The translations under genes were made by a program, and so were the position numbers. From positions 64,001 through 128,000 of the IMG/VR virus record IMGVR_UViG_2744054987_000003: a DNA stretch of 64,000 nucleotides; one strand, 5' to 3'. This document shows positions 9,901 to 18,233 of the stretch, piece after piece. The notes below the pieces were generated by a model, which saw nothing but the letters and a program-made list of their open reading frames with translations, was not told the DNA's origin and did no database searches. This DNA comes from a virus (taxonomy: Duplodnaviria; Caudoviricetes). Each line of letters begins with the position of its first letter. Position 1 is the first letter of the stretch.

Positions 9901-10364
9901 TCGTCATCGCCCGCCTCGACGGCGCGCCCCAGGCCGGTCATCATGCACCCATCGCTGGCGAAAACCCCCTCGGAGTGCTCGCGCATCAACGCGGGGTCGA
10001 GCATGGGTCGGTGGTAGAAGTGCTTGGCGTCGTAAGCAATCGACGACATGGCCCACAAATTCTCCAGGCCGCGCTGGTCCTTGGCGAGCAGACAAATGTG
10101 GGACAGGTCTTTGGGGTACTTCTTCGCCGCGCGGGCCGCAGCAATGTCGTGATGCCAGTAGCTTTCTATACCTAGCACCGACTTCACGCCGTGCTCGTTG
10201 CACGCCTTCTGGAAGGCCAGGTGTTGGTTGCATTCGCCGTGGTCTGTGATGGCCGCAGCGTCCTGTCCCAGTTCTTTGGCGCGTGTGGCGATCTCGTCGA
10301 CTTTAGCGTAGCCGTCGAGGTGGCTGCCTTCGCTGTGCTGGTGAAGATTACATTGCCTACTCAC
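6918..10364 (-). CDS. dnaE: DNA polymerase III alpha subunit
   Basis: PHP domain (HQHSEGSHLDG, TDHG), RGSAGG, PDIDVDF, KFDLLG, YQEQ, FNKSHA and C-terminal OB fold. Confidence 0.97.
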   Translation of the reverse strand: MSRQCNLHQHSEGSHLDGYAKVDEIATRAKELGQDAAAITDHGECNQHLAFQKACNEHGVKSVLGIESYWHHDIAAARAAKKYPKDLSHICLLAKDQRGLENLWAMSSIAYDAKHFYHRPMLDPALMREHSEGVFASDGCMMTGLGRAVEAGDDEAARRFVATLLDIFGDNFYVELHTWQYIDAQTTEQRRLNALMTDINQAKVRIANELGVPLVVVNDSHHARPEDWVNKELMWQLGTKKNNDQQDYGQKADHLMGDDELYYWMRRHGVADDVVAEAIKNSHDIAMSCTAEVKPSLELPTYSGSDHDDIAAFISLIESGFKSKVIDAGLDAEAYYQRMETEAQLIVERSYAGYFLVVQDYVRAAHDGSWKHYVDPGAPSHPMITGPSRGSAGGCLISYLLGITTVDPIRYGLIFERFMNPARKSMPDIDVDFPQSLRPDLKGYLEARWGADHVCTLGTVSRNGPKGMLKDLARKYKEWSGTGQDIPHADIEAMSKIVEQAAALVAAEREAAGEVVGDDDDVDDMSWDEVLSEKGGDLAPWAKRYPPLFEKLGEMIGLARQSGVHPSGILINGTPLQGLVPMRRRNEVTTTQFDMWDIEALGGCKFDLLGIRHLDTLDHARRLIHERHGVMLDFSTFGDEQMSDPAIWDQIDRGQTTGIFQVESPLASKTAEVLKPRNEVDVAALISIIRPGVKDAGLMDEYLLRRAGQTPVIYDHPLMEPITDETYGVLVYQEQLMFAAQSLAGFTGAEADDLRKALGKKLQEQIDGTADKFRQGCLNNPAFMDPLGGDDKKASKVITKIWASINASGRYAFNKSHAVGYAVLSTWEVWVKHYYPQEYLVALMATDAKQLTRYIREARRRGIKVLPPDINKSGQKFTIDGDAIRYGIDSIRSVGNAAVKAILKTRPYTDFTDYLNRATGWAVNKTVVRNLISIGAFDSIEYDPARDGDWVPGCRSRLMQQHNDYRLWMDVAEGKRAKMDDQQRADHIAMLYAKRLEQKGRKWFDAEFGVPDFSNPDVVFGIEQELAGNFILVDPMEPYIPAIEAVAIKDPSDIDSYTTGDIVIVGGQVSKVKRHIVKNGRSKGQEMAFIGITYNGADFDVTIFNDTWVGVKSLVKEGVPVACTCIRDSRGVHLASLERLDLLFAQAS

Positions 10365-10365
10365 G

Positions 10366-11541
10366 CTAGCGAACTGCTTCCGGTTTCAGCGAGCCGTGCT
10401 CAGAGATGTGTTTGATGATTCGTCGCCAGGCATAATCCTGCCCTCGCGCAGTCAGCTTGCCCGTTGCGTAAGCATGACCGTTCTCAGAGACGCCCTTGGG
10501 GGTTCGTGCGAGACCACGTTTCTCTGCCTGCGCGGTGGCGTGGCCAGAATCAGACCGTGCACCGCGAACGAACAGGCCGATGCGTCCAAGAAAGTCATAG
10601 ACATCCTCGTGGAGGATGCTGATGCCCTGCTCCCTGCCCCACGCCTGGACCTCCCGTGCGAACTGCTGGCGATGGATCAAAGAGTCCGAATCAGCGTGCG
10701 CTCTTGCCTTAGCCACCAGCGGTGCATCGTGCTCAATGGTTTCGGTGAGGCAGAGATTGATCGCCTCAGCGGCCTCGATCTGCTTGTCCTTCTCGGCCAA
10801 CATCTCTGCGGCATCCTGCAAAGCAAGAGCGAAGCGCTCCTCGCGAGTCTGCGGCGCAACGGCGGCAACTTCTGCTTGACGAGTGCGAACCGCAAAGTAA
10901 GTCTTTCCCGCTGCAACCTCAGGCTTCTTGCCGTCGCACGACATAACCACCATGTAGCAGGCGTACCGAGTCAGATGGACGTCAAGCACATGACGCTTGG
11001 CTCCCTTGCCTGCGCCGATCTCCTTACTGCTCTCGGTAAATTGATCCTGAGCTGCGACGATCTCGGCAGCACGCATCGCCTCAAAGATGCACCGACTGAA
11101 ATTCTGCCACTTGTCGTAGCCCAGCGGCCCCATCAGATCACGCGCCGACCAGTACTCCGTGCCGTCTTCGCGCAGTCTGCGGATGCTGTCAAAAGGAGAA
11201 CCCGCATTCGCCGTCAGTGCAAGCTCTCGTGCGACGCCCTCACATGCCGCACACCATTCGCGTGGCGACAGAGCGGAGGTCTCTCCATGACACTGCTGAC
11301 AGACAAACTCAGGCACTGCTGCCCCCTCTTGGTGAGCACGGTTCATCCGCTTGAGTCGTGCAAGTTCGTTCTTGCGAGAACGCCAGTCCGAAGGCGAAAA
11401 CGAAATGGTGCTGTGGTCGCCGGTCTCAGGATTGTGCAGTCTGATGTGTCCGTTGGCGCAGTGAGAGTCGAATTGGAATCCCAGCTTCTCGGCCTCTTGC
11501 AGGAACTCACGCAGCGGCCCTTTAATGCGTTTGGTCGTCAT
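10366..11541 (-). CDS. antirepressor (Bro-N/DinD-like plus ANT/KilAC) with N-terminal HicA-like and Zn-ribbon domains
   Basis: EYWSARDLMGPLGYDKWQNF and LTRYACY...KTYFA (Bro-N/DinD); LTARGQDY (ANT-C); N-terminal GF...GH...SPSD.R..KN..A.LKR. Confidence 0.8.
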   Translation of the reverse strand: MTTKRIKGPLREFLQEAEKLGFQFDSHCANGHIRLHNPETGDHSTISFSPSDWRSRKNELARLKRMNRAHQEGAAVPEFVCQQCHGETSALSPREWCAACEGVARELALTANAGSPFDSIRRLREDGTEYWSARDLMGPLGYDKWQNFSRCIFEAMRAAEIVAAQDQFTESSKEIGAGKGAKRHVLDVHLTRYACYMVVMSCDGKKPEVAAGKTYFAVRTRQAEVAAVAPQTREERFALALQDAAEMLAEKDKQIEAAEAINLCLTETIEHDAPLVAKARAHADSDSLIHRQQFAREVQAWGREQGISILHEDVYDFLGRIGLFVRGARSDSGHATAQAEKRGLARTPKGVSENGHAYATGKLTARGQDYAWRRIIKHISEHGSLKPEAVR

Positions 11542-12020
11542 TGTGTGATCGCTTTCGGGAAGTAGTCCGGCAGCATGGGCGGGACGGTGTTGTTTTCGTA
11601 GGCTTCAGCGATGCGGGGCACAACGGTGTCCCCGACTGTCTGGCCGTTGGGTAGCACGATGTGGCTCAAGAACTCGCTGTCGAACTGCGAGATACCGGAT
11701 TCGACGGCTTCGAGCTTAGCCTTGATGACCAGCGCCAGTGCGCGCCAACGCTGCCGCACCGCCTTCTCGTAGGCGTCTTCTTGTTGCGCTGCGGTGCGCC
11801 GGGTGCCGCGTGCGGGTGTGTGGGTGAACTCCCGTGCATTGCGGTCGGGCATAGAGACCACGAACCGGACCTGCCTGCTTCGCATCTGAAAGTTGACGAT
11901 GGCCTGGTTCGTGGTCTCTCCCCAGATAAGCTGGTCGGCTCCCCAACGCTGAAGTATGCGTCGGATCTCTGCCATCGACTTATCCGTGCTGACCGTTGTG
12001 TCGGCAGCGTAGGTTGCCAC
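11538..12020 (-). CDS. conserved phage hypothetical protein
   Basis: YAADTTVS..KS..EI...WRALALVIKAKLEAVESGI...EFL, a widespread phage family. Confidence 0.8.
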   Translation of the reverse strand: MATYAADTTVSTDKSMAEIRRILQRWGADQLIWGETTNQAIVNFQMRSRQVRFVVSMPDRNAREFTHTPARGTRRTAAQQEDAYEKAVRQRWRALALVIKAKLEAVESGISQFDSEFLSHIVLPNGQTVGDTVVPRIAEAYENNTVPPMLPDYFPKAITQ

Positions 12021-12028
12021 GGCGGCTG

Positions 12029-12982
12029 TTAAGCCTTCTGCGCCTGCGGGGCGTGCGGCATCAACTTCGCACGGAGACTGGCGAAGTCAGTGCCGGTCGG
12101 CGGTGCGACCTGCGGAGCAGCCTGAGCCTCGTCGGGAGTCGAAGTGTCACTGAAGGCGGGTGCCGACGGGGACGACTGAGCGAAAGCCGGAGCATCAGCG
12201 GGGTTGCCGTTGACCGGCGGCTCGTCGGCCTTGGGGAGCAACCAGAACTTGGCACGCTCCTCGCTGGAATGATAGTCGGCCCACTCGTGAAGTGTCTGCG
12301 GGCAGAACAGGAACCGCTCGGGATCGTCGTCGTTCCATTCCCGACCGTAGCCGTAGAACTCCTGAACGACCTTGAGGTCGCGCAGCTCGTCGACGGGGTC
12401 GACCGGCACGATGCGGTACTCGGTGTGCTTGTCGGCCCCGACGCGCTCGATCGAGTAGTCGCGATCGCAGATGGTGCCGTAGAGACCGTGGTATCCGATC
12501 AGGCTGTTCCAGAAGTTCTTGAGTCCCTGGGTGATCAGCCCAAAATTGCGGGACTTGAAAGATTCGCCTTTGAAGTCGATGTCCTCGATCAGGTCCACGA
12601 CGTCGAATCCGCCACCCTGACGGGGAACCAGTTGCCGCTCGACGGCGACGACAACGCCCTTCTTGACGGGCTTGTGTTCGGAGGGCTGCTTGGTGCGGTA
12701 GTCCATGCGCCAGCCCAGGCCGCCGCCGACCTCCGGCGAGGGGGTGGCGTACTTGGTGACGAAGTCGCCCTTGTCGGGGTCGATGATGAACGACTTGGTC
12801 TTGCCGTCGTTGGTGACGATGAACTCGTGGAAGTCCGCGATGATCGGGTCATCGGTCAGGAACCGGACGATCTTGCGGTCCTTGTCTTTCCAGCTGAGGT
12901 AACCCAGAGAGCCGCCGGAGAAGTCGCCGCGATTCTTGGCGTCGTCGATCGTCTGCTTGAGGTGCGCGAATCCGCTTTGCAT
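12029..12982 (-). CDS. single-stranded DNA-binding protein (gp32-like)
   Basis: Lies in the replication operon; IVRFL...DRDYSIERVG..TEY.I.P pattern and low-complexity C-terminus. Confidence 0.7.
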   Translation of the reverse strand: MQSGFAHLKQTIDDAKNRGDFSGGSLGYLSWKDKDRKIVRFLTDDPIIADFHEFIVTNDGKTKSFIIDPDKGDFVTKYATPSPEVGGGLGWRMDYRTKQPSEHKPVKKGVVVAVERQLVPRQGGGFDVVDLIEDIDFKGESFKSRNFGLITQGLKNFWNSLIGYHGLYGTICDRDYSIERVGADKHTEYRIVPVDPVDELRDLKVVQEFYGYGREWNDDDPERFLFCPQTLHEWADYHSSEERAKFWLLPKADEPPVNGNPADAPAFAQSSPSAPAFSDTSTPDEAQAAPQVAPPTGTDFASLRAKLMPHAPQAQKA

Positions 12983-13106
12983 GTCACGTCTTTCGTCAGA
13001 GAGTTTCTAATTACGTTAGCCCGATTCTCGTGTGTGGCTACCTCTGAGGCTACCCGCGACGCCAGCAATACGCAAGCAAGTGACTAAACGAATAGAAGAT
13101 GTCTAA

Positions 13107-13391
13107 TCAAAGGGGGAGACGTTCGGGGGGCACGCCGCCAGCAGTGAGCCGGGCACGGACCTGCTGCACGCGGGCGCGGTGTTCGCGTTCGCGATCTTCG
13201 CGAGCGGCACGATGCTCGGACATTGCTGCGGCCATCGCATCGCCGACACGATCGACGCAGATCAGCTGTGAATGTCCCTGGGGAAACCGGTCGCACGGCG
13301 GGTGATGCACCAACCGGTCACCGTTGTCGAGCACAGTCTCGGTGATCTCTGTGGCAGCCTTCTTGCGTCGGCTGCCGCGCTTGGTTGCCAT
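13107..13391 (-). CDS. hypothetical protein
   Basis: 94-aa basic ORF coupled to the primase stop. Confidence 0.6.
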   Translation of the reverse strand: MATKRGSRRKKAATEITETVLDNGDRLVHHPPCDRFPQGHSQLICVDRVGDAMAAAMSEHRAAREDREREHRARVQQVRARLTAGGVPPERLPL

Positions 13392-14452
13392 TATCGCCTC
13401 CTACCTTTTGGGGGCAACACCAGCGATGCGGGCCATGCCTGGGCGAGTTTGGCCAGCACTTCGTCTTGCGTGATGCAATCGCCAAGGTCGTGATTCTCAT
13501 CAGGAGGGACCACTCGGACATCGACGTGGCGACGATAGAGCGCCTCGGTGATCTTGCGAGAGCCAGCGTATCCAGCCGGGTCGGCGTCGAACCAGACGTA
13601 GACCGAATCGAAGTTCGCGAGCAGGTCGATCTGGCGTTTAGACACCTTGGCACCGAAGGTGGCCACCACATTGGTGAACCCCATCGACACGGCCTTGGCC
13701 ACCGACATCGGCGACTCGACGACGACCGCGTGGCGCTGCTGGCGCACAGCGTCATAGTGATACAGCGTCACCGATTTGGGCAGGCCGGGAGAGTTGCGGT
13801 ACTTGGGCCAGTCGGGCACGGTGCCGGGCCAGCCGTGTCTGGCGGGGATGGTGCGTTTCTGCCAGCCCAGCAGCTGACCGTCGGCGTAGTGGGGGAATAC
13901 GACGCGGTTCTCTGCGGGGTCGTAGCCGATCTGAAGTTCGTTGATGGCCTCCAGACTGATGCCGCGTTCTTCGTAGAGGTAGGGGTGAGCTACAGCCCAC
14001 GGCTTGAGCACGCGGGGATGGTAGGTGGGAGGGTCGAAAACCTCCCCGGTGTCACTGCTGAACAGAGTCTCCAGCTCGGACAGGAAAGCAGTCTTCTCGA
14101 CGGTCGTGCCGACGAGAAAGTTGCTGATGACGGGCAGAGCTTCGGCGACGTCCTCTTTGTGCTCCAGCAAGGCGATGAGGTGCATGAGATCCCCGGCCCA
14201 GCCCATGGCGTAGCAGCAGTAGAGCTTCTTTTCGACGTTGAGGCACGCGCTAGGCGAAGCATCTCCATTGGTGTGGTGTGGATGCACCCGGTCGATGAGG
14301 CAGGAGTGCACGATCTCGGTAGTGCCCTCCGAACCGGCGATCTCGCTGCGATTCTCGGCGTCGTAATAGTCCAGCACCGCACGCGGGTCCAGGCGTCGGC
14401 GGTACTCACGGTAGAGCTGCTGGTTGGCTAGCTCCGCTAACCCGACCTTCAT
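13391..14452 (-). CDS. dnaG: DNA primase
   Basis: N-terminal Zn-binding C/H cluster, RVVFP, PKY, TOPRIM VVES...WFDADPAG...DLGD. Confidence 0.9.
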   Translation of the reverse strand: MKVGLAELANQQLYREYRRRLDPRAVLDYYDAENRSEIAGSEGTTEIVHSCLIDRVHPHHTNGDASPSACLNVEKKLYCCYAMGWAGDLMHLIALLEHKEDVAEALPVISNFLVGTTVEKTAFLSELETLFSSDTGEVFDPPTYHPRVLKPWAVAHPYLYEERGISLEAINELQIGYDPAENRVVFPHYADGQLLGWQKRTIPARHGWPGTVPDWPKYRNSPGLPKSVTLYHYDAVRQQRHAVVVESPMSVAKAVSMGFTNVVATFGAKVSKRQIDLLANFDSVYVWFDADPAGYAGSRKITEALYRRHVDVRVVPPDENHDLGDCITQDEVLAKLAQAWPASLVLPPKGRRR

Positions 14453-15693
14453 CGCAATTCTTCGAGCACGCTGATCTCGGTTCGTTCGCTGAGTTGCCAG
14501 TTGAGCAGCCAGTTTTTGATGTCGGAGCGTCGGGAACCGAGCATCCGCAGCTTCATGGCGTTGTTCTGGCGCTCCTGGCCGGTGCGCGAAAGACCCAACG
14601 CCAGATCAACCTCGCGCTCGGTCTCAGCGGCGTCGGCGAAGTGATGCAGTTCGATATCGCCGCTGGCCTTGGAGTCCTTGTCAGGGCGGCGCAGCTGCAC
14701 AGCCAGCAGGCACGGCAGCTCCTGGCGTGGACGTGACAGCTCGATCGACAGCTGCTTGAGCACAGTACCGCGATGATCCTTGAGGTCACGTGTGCGTCTG
14801 CCTGCCTCCATGTGGGAGAGCTGGTCGATGATGACCAGGTCGGCCCCGGCCTGACGGGCGCGGGCCAGCATGGAGGCCACGGTGCGGTCGCCCTCCTCGG
14901 GACTTTCGACCAGGATGCCGCCCATCTCAGCAAGACTGTCTTGTGCTTGCGTCAGCCGCTGCATCTGCTCGTGGTTGAGGTCGCCGTGCGACAGACTGCT
15001 GTAGCTGACGCCGGAGAACATGGCATCGATACGGTCTTCGATTTCGGCGATGCTCATCTCCAGGGTGAAGAAGATCGGGGTGTACCCAGCCTTGCGCAGC
15101 GACACCGCAGCATTGACCAAGAACCAGGTCTTGCCGGTCTTGGCGAAGGCTCCGAGGGCCACCAGTTCGCCCGGCATGATGCCGCCGATGTGTGCGTCTA
15201 GCTCAGGTATACCCAGCGTCAATCCGATGCCGCCGGGGCGCTGGTTGCGTTCAACGTAACGCTGGCGGCGTTCCTGCGGGTCGGTCATGTCTGAGCGCAG
15301 CAGTCGCGGGGAGACACGCTCGACGGCCTGGTAGGCGCTGGCATGCAGTTTGCGCAGCGCGGCGATGGGGTCTTCGTGCAGTGAGGCAGCGGCCTCGCGC
15401 AGCATCTCCTGTGCGTCGTTGACGGCGCAGCTGCGTTGCAGTGACTCGGCTAGCCACAGCGGCGACTCCTCAACGTCAGGCAGTAGCGCGAAGCCTGGGA
15501 ACTCCTGCTCGATGACGAACGGGGTGGGAGCCATCTTCATCTGGCTGTCGAGCCAGTACTCGATGGTGAAGGCGTAGGCCGCTCTGGTGATCGGCTCCTC
15601 GAACGCCTCCGGGCGCAATCCGCTGTCATAAACGCGGGCGATCTCTGCCGGGTCGGTCAGGCATGACAGCAGACGACGTTCAATGTCAGACAT
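14449..15693 (-). CDS. dnaB: DnaB-like replicative helicase
   Basis: Walker A AFAKTGKT, FTLEMS, IIDQL, AVQL-R. Confidence 0.92.
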   Translation of the reverse strand: MSDIERRLLSCLTDPAEIARVYDSGLRPEAFEEPITRAAYAFTIEYWLDSQMKMAPTPFVIEQEFPGFALLPDVEESPLWLAESLQRSCAVNDAQEMLREAAASLHEDPIAALRKLHASAYQAVERVSPRLLRSDMTDPQERRQRYVERNQRPGGIGLTLGIPELDAHIGGIMPGELVALGAFAKTGKTWFLVNAAVSLRKAGYTPIFFTLEMSIAEIEDRIDAMFSGVSYSSLSHGDLNHEQMQRLTQAQDSLAEMGGILVESPEEGDRTVASMLARARQAGADLVIIDQLSHMEAGRRTRDLKDHRGTVLKQLSIELSRPRQELPCLLAVQLRRPDKDSKASGDIELHHFADAAETEREVDLALGLSRTGQERQNNAMKLRMLGSRRSDIKNWLLNWQLSERTEISVLEELR

Positions 15694-16473
15694 CTAGATT
15701 ATCGGCCTTATCTCGCCGCGCTCGATCTCATCGACGGTGCGCCGACGCGCTTTGGGTCGGTAGTCCTCACCAGTGAACTCGAATACCAGCGACTGCTCAG
15801 ATAATTGTGACAACACCTGTGCTCCGTATCCGGTGCTCAGTTCACCCAGTGTGCAGTTGGTGGTCAAGATGGTGGGTCTGCCCTCGGCCACCCGAGTACG
15901 CAGGATCATGTCGAAGGTCGACTGCGGCAGGTTGGTGCTGGTGCGCAGCTCCCGGCCAAGATCGTCGAGCAGCAGCACCTTGCTGTACATGAATTTGTCG
16001 GCGAACCACTCTTTGCGTTCACTGCTGCGCCAAGATGCGGTGAACGCCTCAACGGCATTGGCGAAGGTGGTGGCAAAACAGGTGTAGCCGCGCTTGATCA
16101 ACTCCTTGAGAATCAAGTTGGCGACGAGAGTCTTGCCCAAACCGATGCCGCCGTGGAGCAGCAGTCCGACGCCTCGCGCGATGTAGTCGTCGTGACGTTC
16201 CAAGTATTTCAGCACGTGAGGCAGCAGTGCGGGGTCGCCTTCGTAGTCGGCCCAGTCCAGACGTTGATACGTCACACCGATGCCGGAAGCGGCATAATGC
16301 AAAGCCAGCTGAAGCTGGCGCTGACAGTTGCAGTCGCACTCGTTTCCTTGCCAGCGGTAGGTCTTGGCTCCCCGGCAGGTCGGGCAGACGCCAAGCATCA
16401 GCTCGGGATGGCTTCGATCGATGCGTTCGGCCTCATCGTCATCCAGAAAGGCCGTCTCGATGTTGAAGGTCAC
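15694..16473 (-). CDS. DnaC/IstB-like helicase loader ATPase
   Basis: N-terminal CxxC/CxC, GGIGLGKT, LLLDDLG.E, TILTTN, G.DYR. Confidence 0.9.
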   Translation of the reverse strand: MTFNIETAFLDDDEAERIDRSHPELMLGVCPTCRGAKTYRWQGNECDCNCQRQLQLALHYAASGIGVTYQRLDWADYEGDPALLPHVLKYLERHDDYIARGVGLLLHGGIGLGKTLVANLILKELIKRGYTCFATTFANAVEAFTASWRSSERKEWFADKFMYSKVLLLDDLGRELRTSTNLPQSTFDMILRTRVAEGRPTILTTNCTLGELSTGYGAQVLSQLSEQSLVFEFTGEDYRPKARRRTVDEIERGEIRPII

Positions 16474-17216
16474 ACATCTTCCTTGGTCAGAACGATAACG
16501 GCGTTCTCTAGACAGTCCCTGTTGTCGGCGAGTCCCTGAATGTGCGTGGGTTTGCCGGTGACGTTGTGCCGCAACGCGGTGTAGGCGTGGTGGTAGTGAC
16601 CGTGGTAGAGCAGATCGGGAACAACCGCATCGCAGATGCCGCCCAGCACCATGCGGTGACGTTCTGATGCGTGAATGGCTTCTATGGGGAACAGGCCCGG
16701 TTTCAGGCCGGGGATCTCCACCGCGTCAGGGCAGTCGTGGCTCAGCACGACATCGACGTCGCCAGAACGACAGCAATGACGAACATCGACACTAGACAGC
16801 TCCTCCTCGACGAACCAGTCGAGCATTGGAGTCCGCGACTTCTTGTCAACGCTGACGCCGCCGCCGACACCCATCCAGGTCTTGTTCCACCACTGCCAGC
16901 GATGGCCGCGAGGGACGTGCTGGACGTGCTTGCCCCACCTGTCGCCCGGCACCAAGGCGCTGAACTCCTCGTGGTTGCCGTCGATCCAGTAGAAGCGAAT
17001 GTCGTTACCGTCGACCAGTCGGTCAACGTCGTCCATGAATGTGCCGTCGTCGCCGGTCGGCCAGAAGCCGAAGTCTCCGAGCTGGAAGATGACGTCGACT
17101 CCCTCTGCCACGGCCTTGGCGACCACGCGCTTCAGAAAGCGGTAGTCGCGGTGTGTATCGCCGACAAGCATGAGTTTCTGCGGGTCCGGCCCCATGTCGA
17201 CACGGCATTCAGGCAT
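16470..17216 (-). CDS. calcineurin-like metallophosphoesterase
   Basis: GDTH, GDFG, GNHE, SHD and HGHYH motifs. Confidence 0.92.
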   Translation of the reverse strand: MPECRVDMGPDPQKLMLVGDTHRDYRFLKRVVAKAVAEGVDVIFQLGDFGFWPTGDDGTFMDDVDRLVDGNDIRFYWIDGNHEEFSALVPGDRWGKHVQHVPRGHRWQWWNKTWMGVGGGVSVDKKSRTPMLDWFVEEELSSVDVRHCCRSGDVDVVLSHDCPDAVEIPGLKPGLFPIEAIHASERHRMVLGGICDAVVPDLLYHGHYHHAYTALRHNVTGKPTHIQGLADNRDCLENAVIVLTKEDV

Positions 17217-17250
17217 GGCGTTAGAGACGTCCTTTGTCGTGGAGGGCTAG

Positions 17251-17541
17251 GCACTTTCAACAACTCAAGAAAACACCCAGCCAGTCTTCGGATTCCCCTA
17301 CTCTCCCCGGATCGTGGCCACTCCCCGGTTCCCCTCAAGTACTAAGTCCAACTGTTCTCCTGCTTCACTCGCGGCGGATTTCGCCCTCCACAGCCCTTCG
17401 TTCAGGGATCGCCTGATCTTCGTGCGGCTCGTCGTCCGCTGTCCCGATCAGGTCGTGGTCGTTAACCGTCAGGGGCTGCTTCGCTGGGGTACTTGCACGG
17501 TACCTCGCAGGTCTGGATGCTTTCTTGAGTTGTCAAAGTGC
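17251..17541 (-). ncRNA. candidate ~290-nt structured RNA (unassigned family)
   Basis: The 5' and 3' ends form a 29-bp stem with three G.U pairs and one bulge on the minus-strand RNA. Nested inner stems are present and a promoter lies just upstream. Confidence 0.7.
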
Positions 17542-17550
17542 GTTGACTCC

Positions 17551-17579
17551 AGTATAGCAGAGTGTCTAATGTCTGTCTA
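17551..17579 (-). promoter_or_regulatory. SigA-like promoter TAGACA-17-TATACT with extended -10
   Basis: Minus strand reads TAGACA gacat TAGACA ctc TGc TATACT. Confidence 0.75.
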
Positions 17580-17826
17580 GTGTCTGCAACTCCTTGATGC
17601 GGTGCAGACCCCATTTGCCGTTCTCCCACTTGACCCAGCAGTACCCCTCGATGACTGCTGGGCCTTCGACTACACCACGCAGGCTGCCTTCCTGTGTGTG
17701 GATGACCGTCGCGCCGTCGATGTCGGTGGTGCCCTCACCCATCGTGGGCTTGCCGTTGATCAACAGCGCCATCCACTGGCCGGTGAAGGCATCGGCGTCA
17801 ACGCAGTCAGGGTGTGTCTTGGCCAT
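17566..17826 (-). CDS. hypothetical protein
   Basis: 86-aa ORF coupled to the upstream gene. Confidence 0.7.
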   Translation of the reverse strand: MAKTHPDCVDADAFTGQWMALLINGKPTMGEGTTDIDGATVIHTQEGSLRGVVEGPAVIEGYCWVKWENGKWGLHRIKELQTLDRH

Positions 17827-18218
17827 CAGATGTCCGAGAGCTGCCCGAAGTCGAATTGCGCCTTGGCATCAGCGCAGTGGCGCTGCTGTTCGTCGTAGAG
17901 ATGCTGTTGTAGCTCACGATCCAGGATGTCGGTAAACCATTTGCGGCCCTTGGAAAAAGACATGTGGCCGATCACCTCGTTGCGGTACTGACCCTGGTGC
18001 CACACGCAGGCCCATTTAACGATCTGTCCGGCGCGACCACCGTAGGTGCGCTTGAGTCCAGCCATCACAGCACGCTCGGGGTAGCCGTCAACGGCCAGGT
18101 CGATACCTCGCAGCTGCTTGATCGCGAGCTTGAGGTAGGTCACCAGTTCAGTGTCGCTCATCGCGGTAACCGGCTTGCCGAGAGCAGCCTCGGCGGGATC
18201 GAGTTCAGCGAAGGCCAC
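17826..18218 (-). CDS. hypothetical protein
   Basis: 130-aa ORF with AGGAG RBS. Confidence 0.75.
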   Translation of the reverse strand: MAFAELDPAEAALGKPVTAMSDTELVTYLKLAIKQLRGIDLAVDGYPERAVMAGLKRTYGGRAGQIVKWACVWHQGQYRNEVIGHMSFSKGRKWFTDILDRELQQHLYDEQQRHCADAKAQFDFGQLSDI

Positions 18219-18233
18219 TCGATACGACTCCTG

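Noticed and set aside
10396-14431. Long plus-strand ORFs (10396-11565, 11996-13087, 13385-14431; also 59038-60408)
   Set aside because: They are antisense shadows of well-supported minus-strand genes, expected from GC-rich codon bias, with no motifs or RBS.
5781-15693. Inteins or introns in RecA, DnaE, primase or DnaB
   Set aside because: Lengths are normal and no Hint motifs or frame interruptions were seen.
17251-17541. tmRNA, RNase P RNA, MITE or invertible segment
   Set aside because: No tRNA-like acceptor/T arm, no Ala-ending tag and no convincing RNase P P4 consensus. Strand-specific G.U compensation argues for RNA pairing rather than DNA inverted repeats, and no recombinase is nearby.
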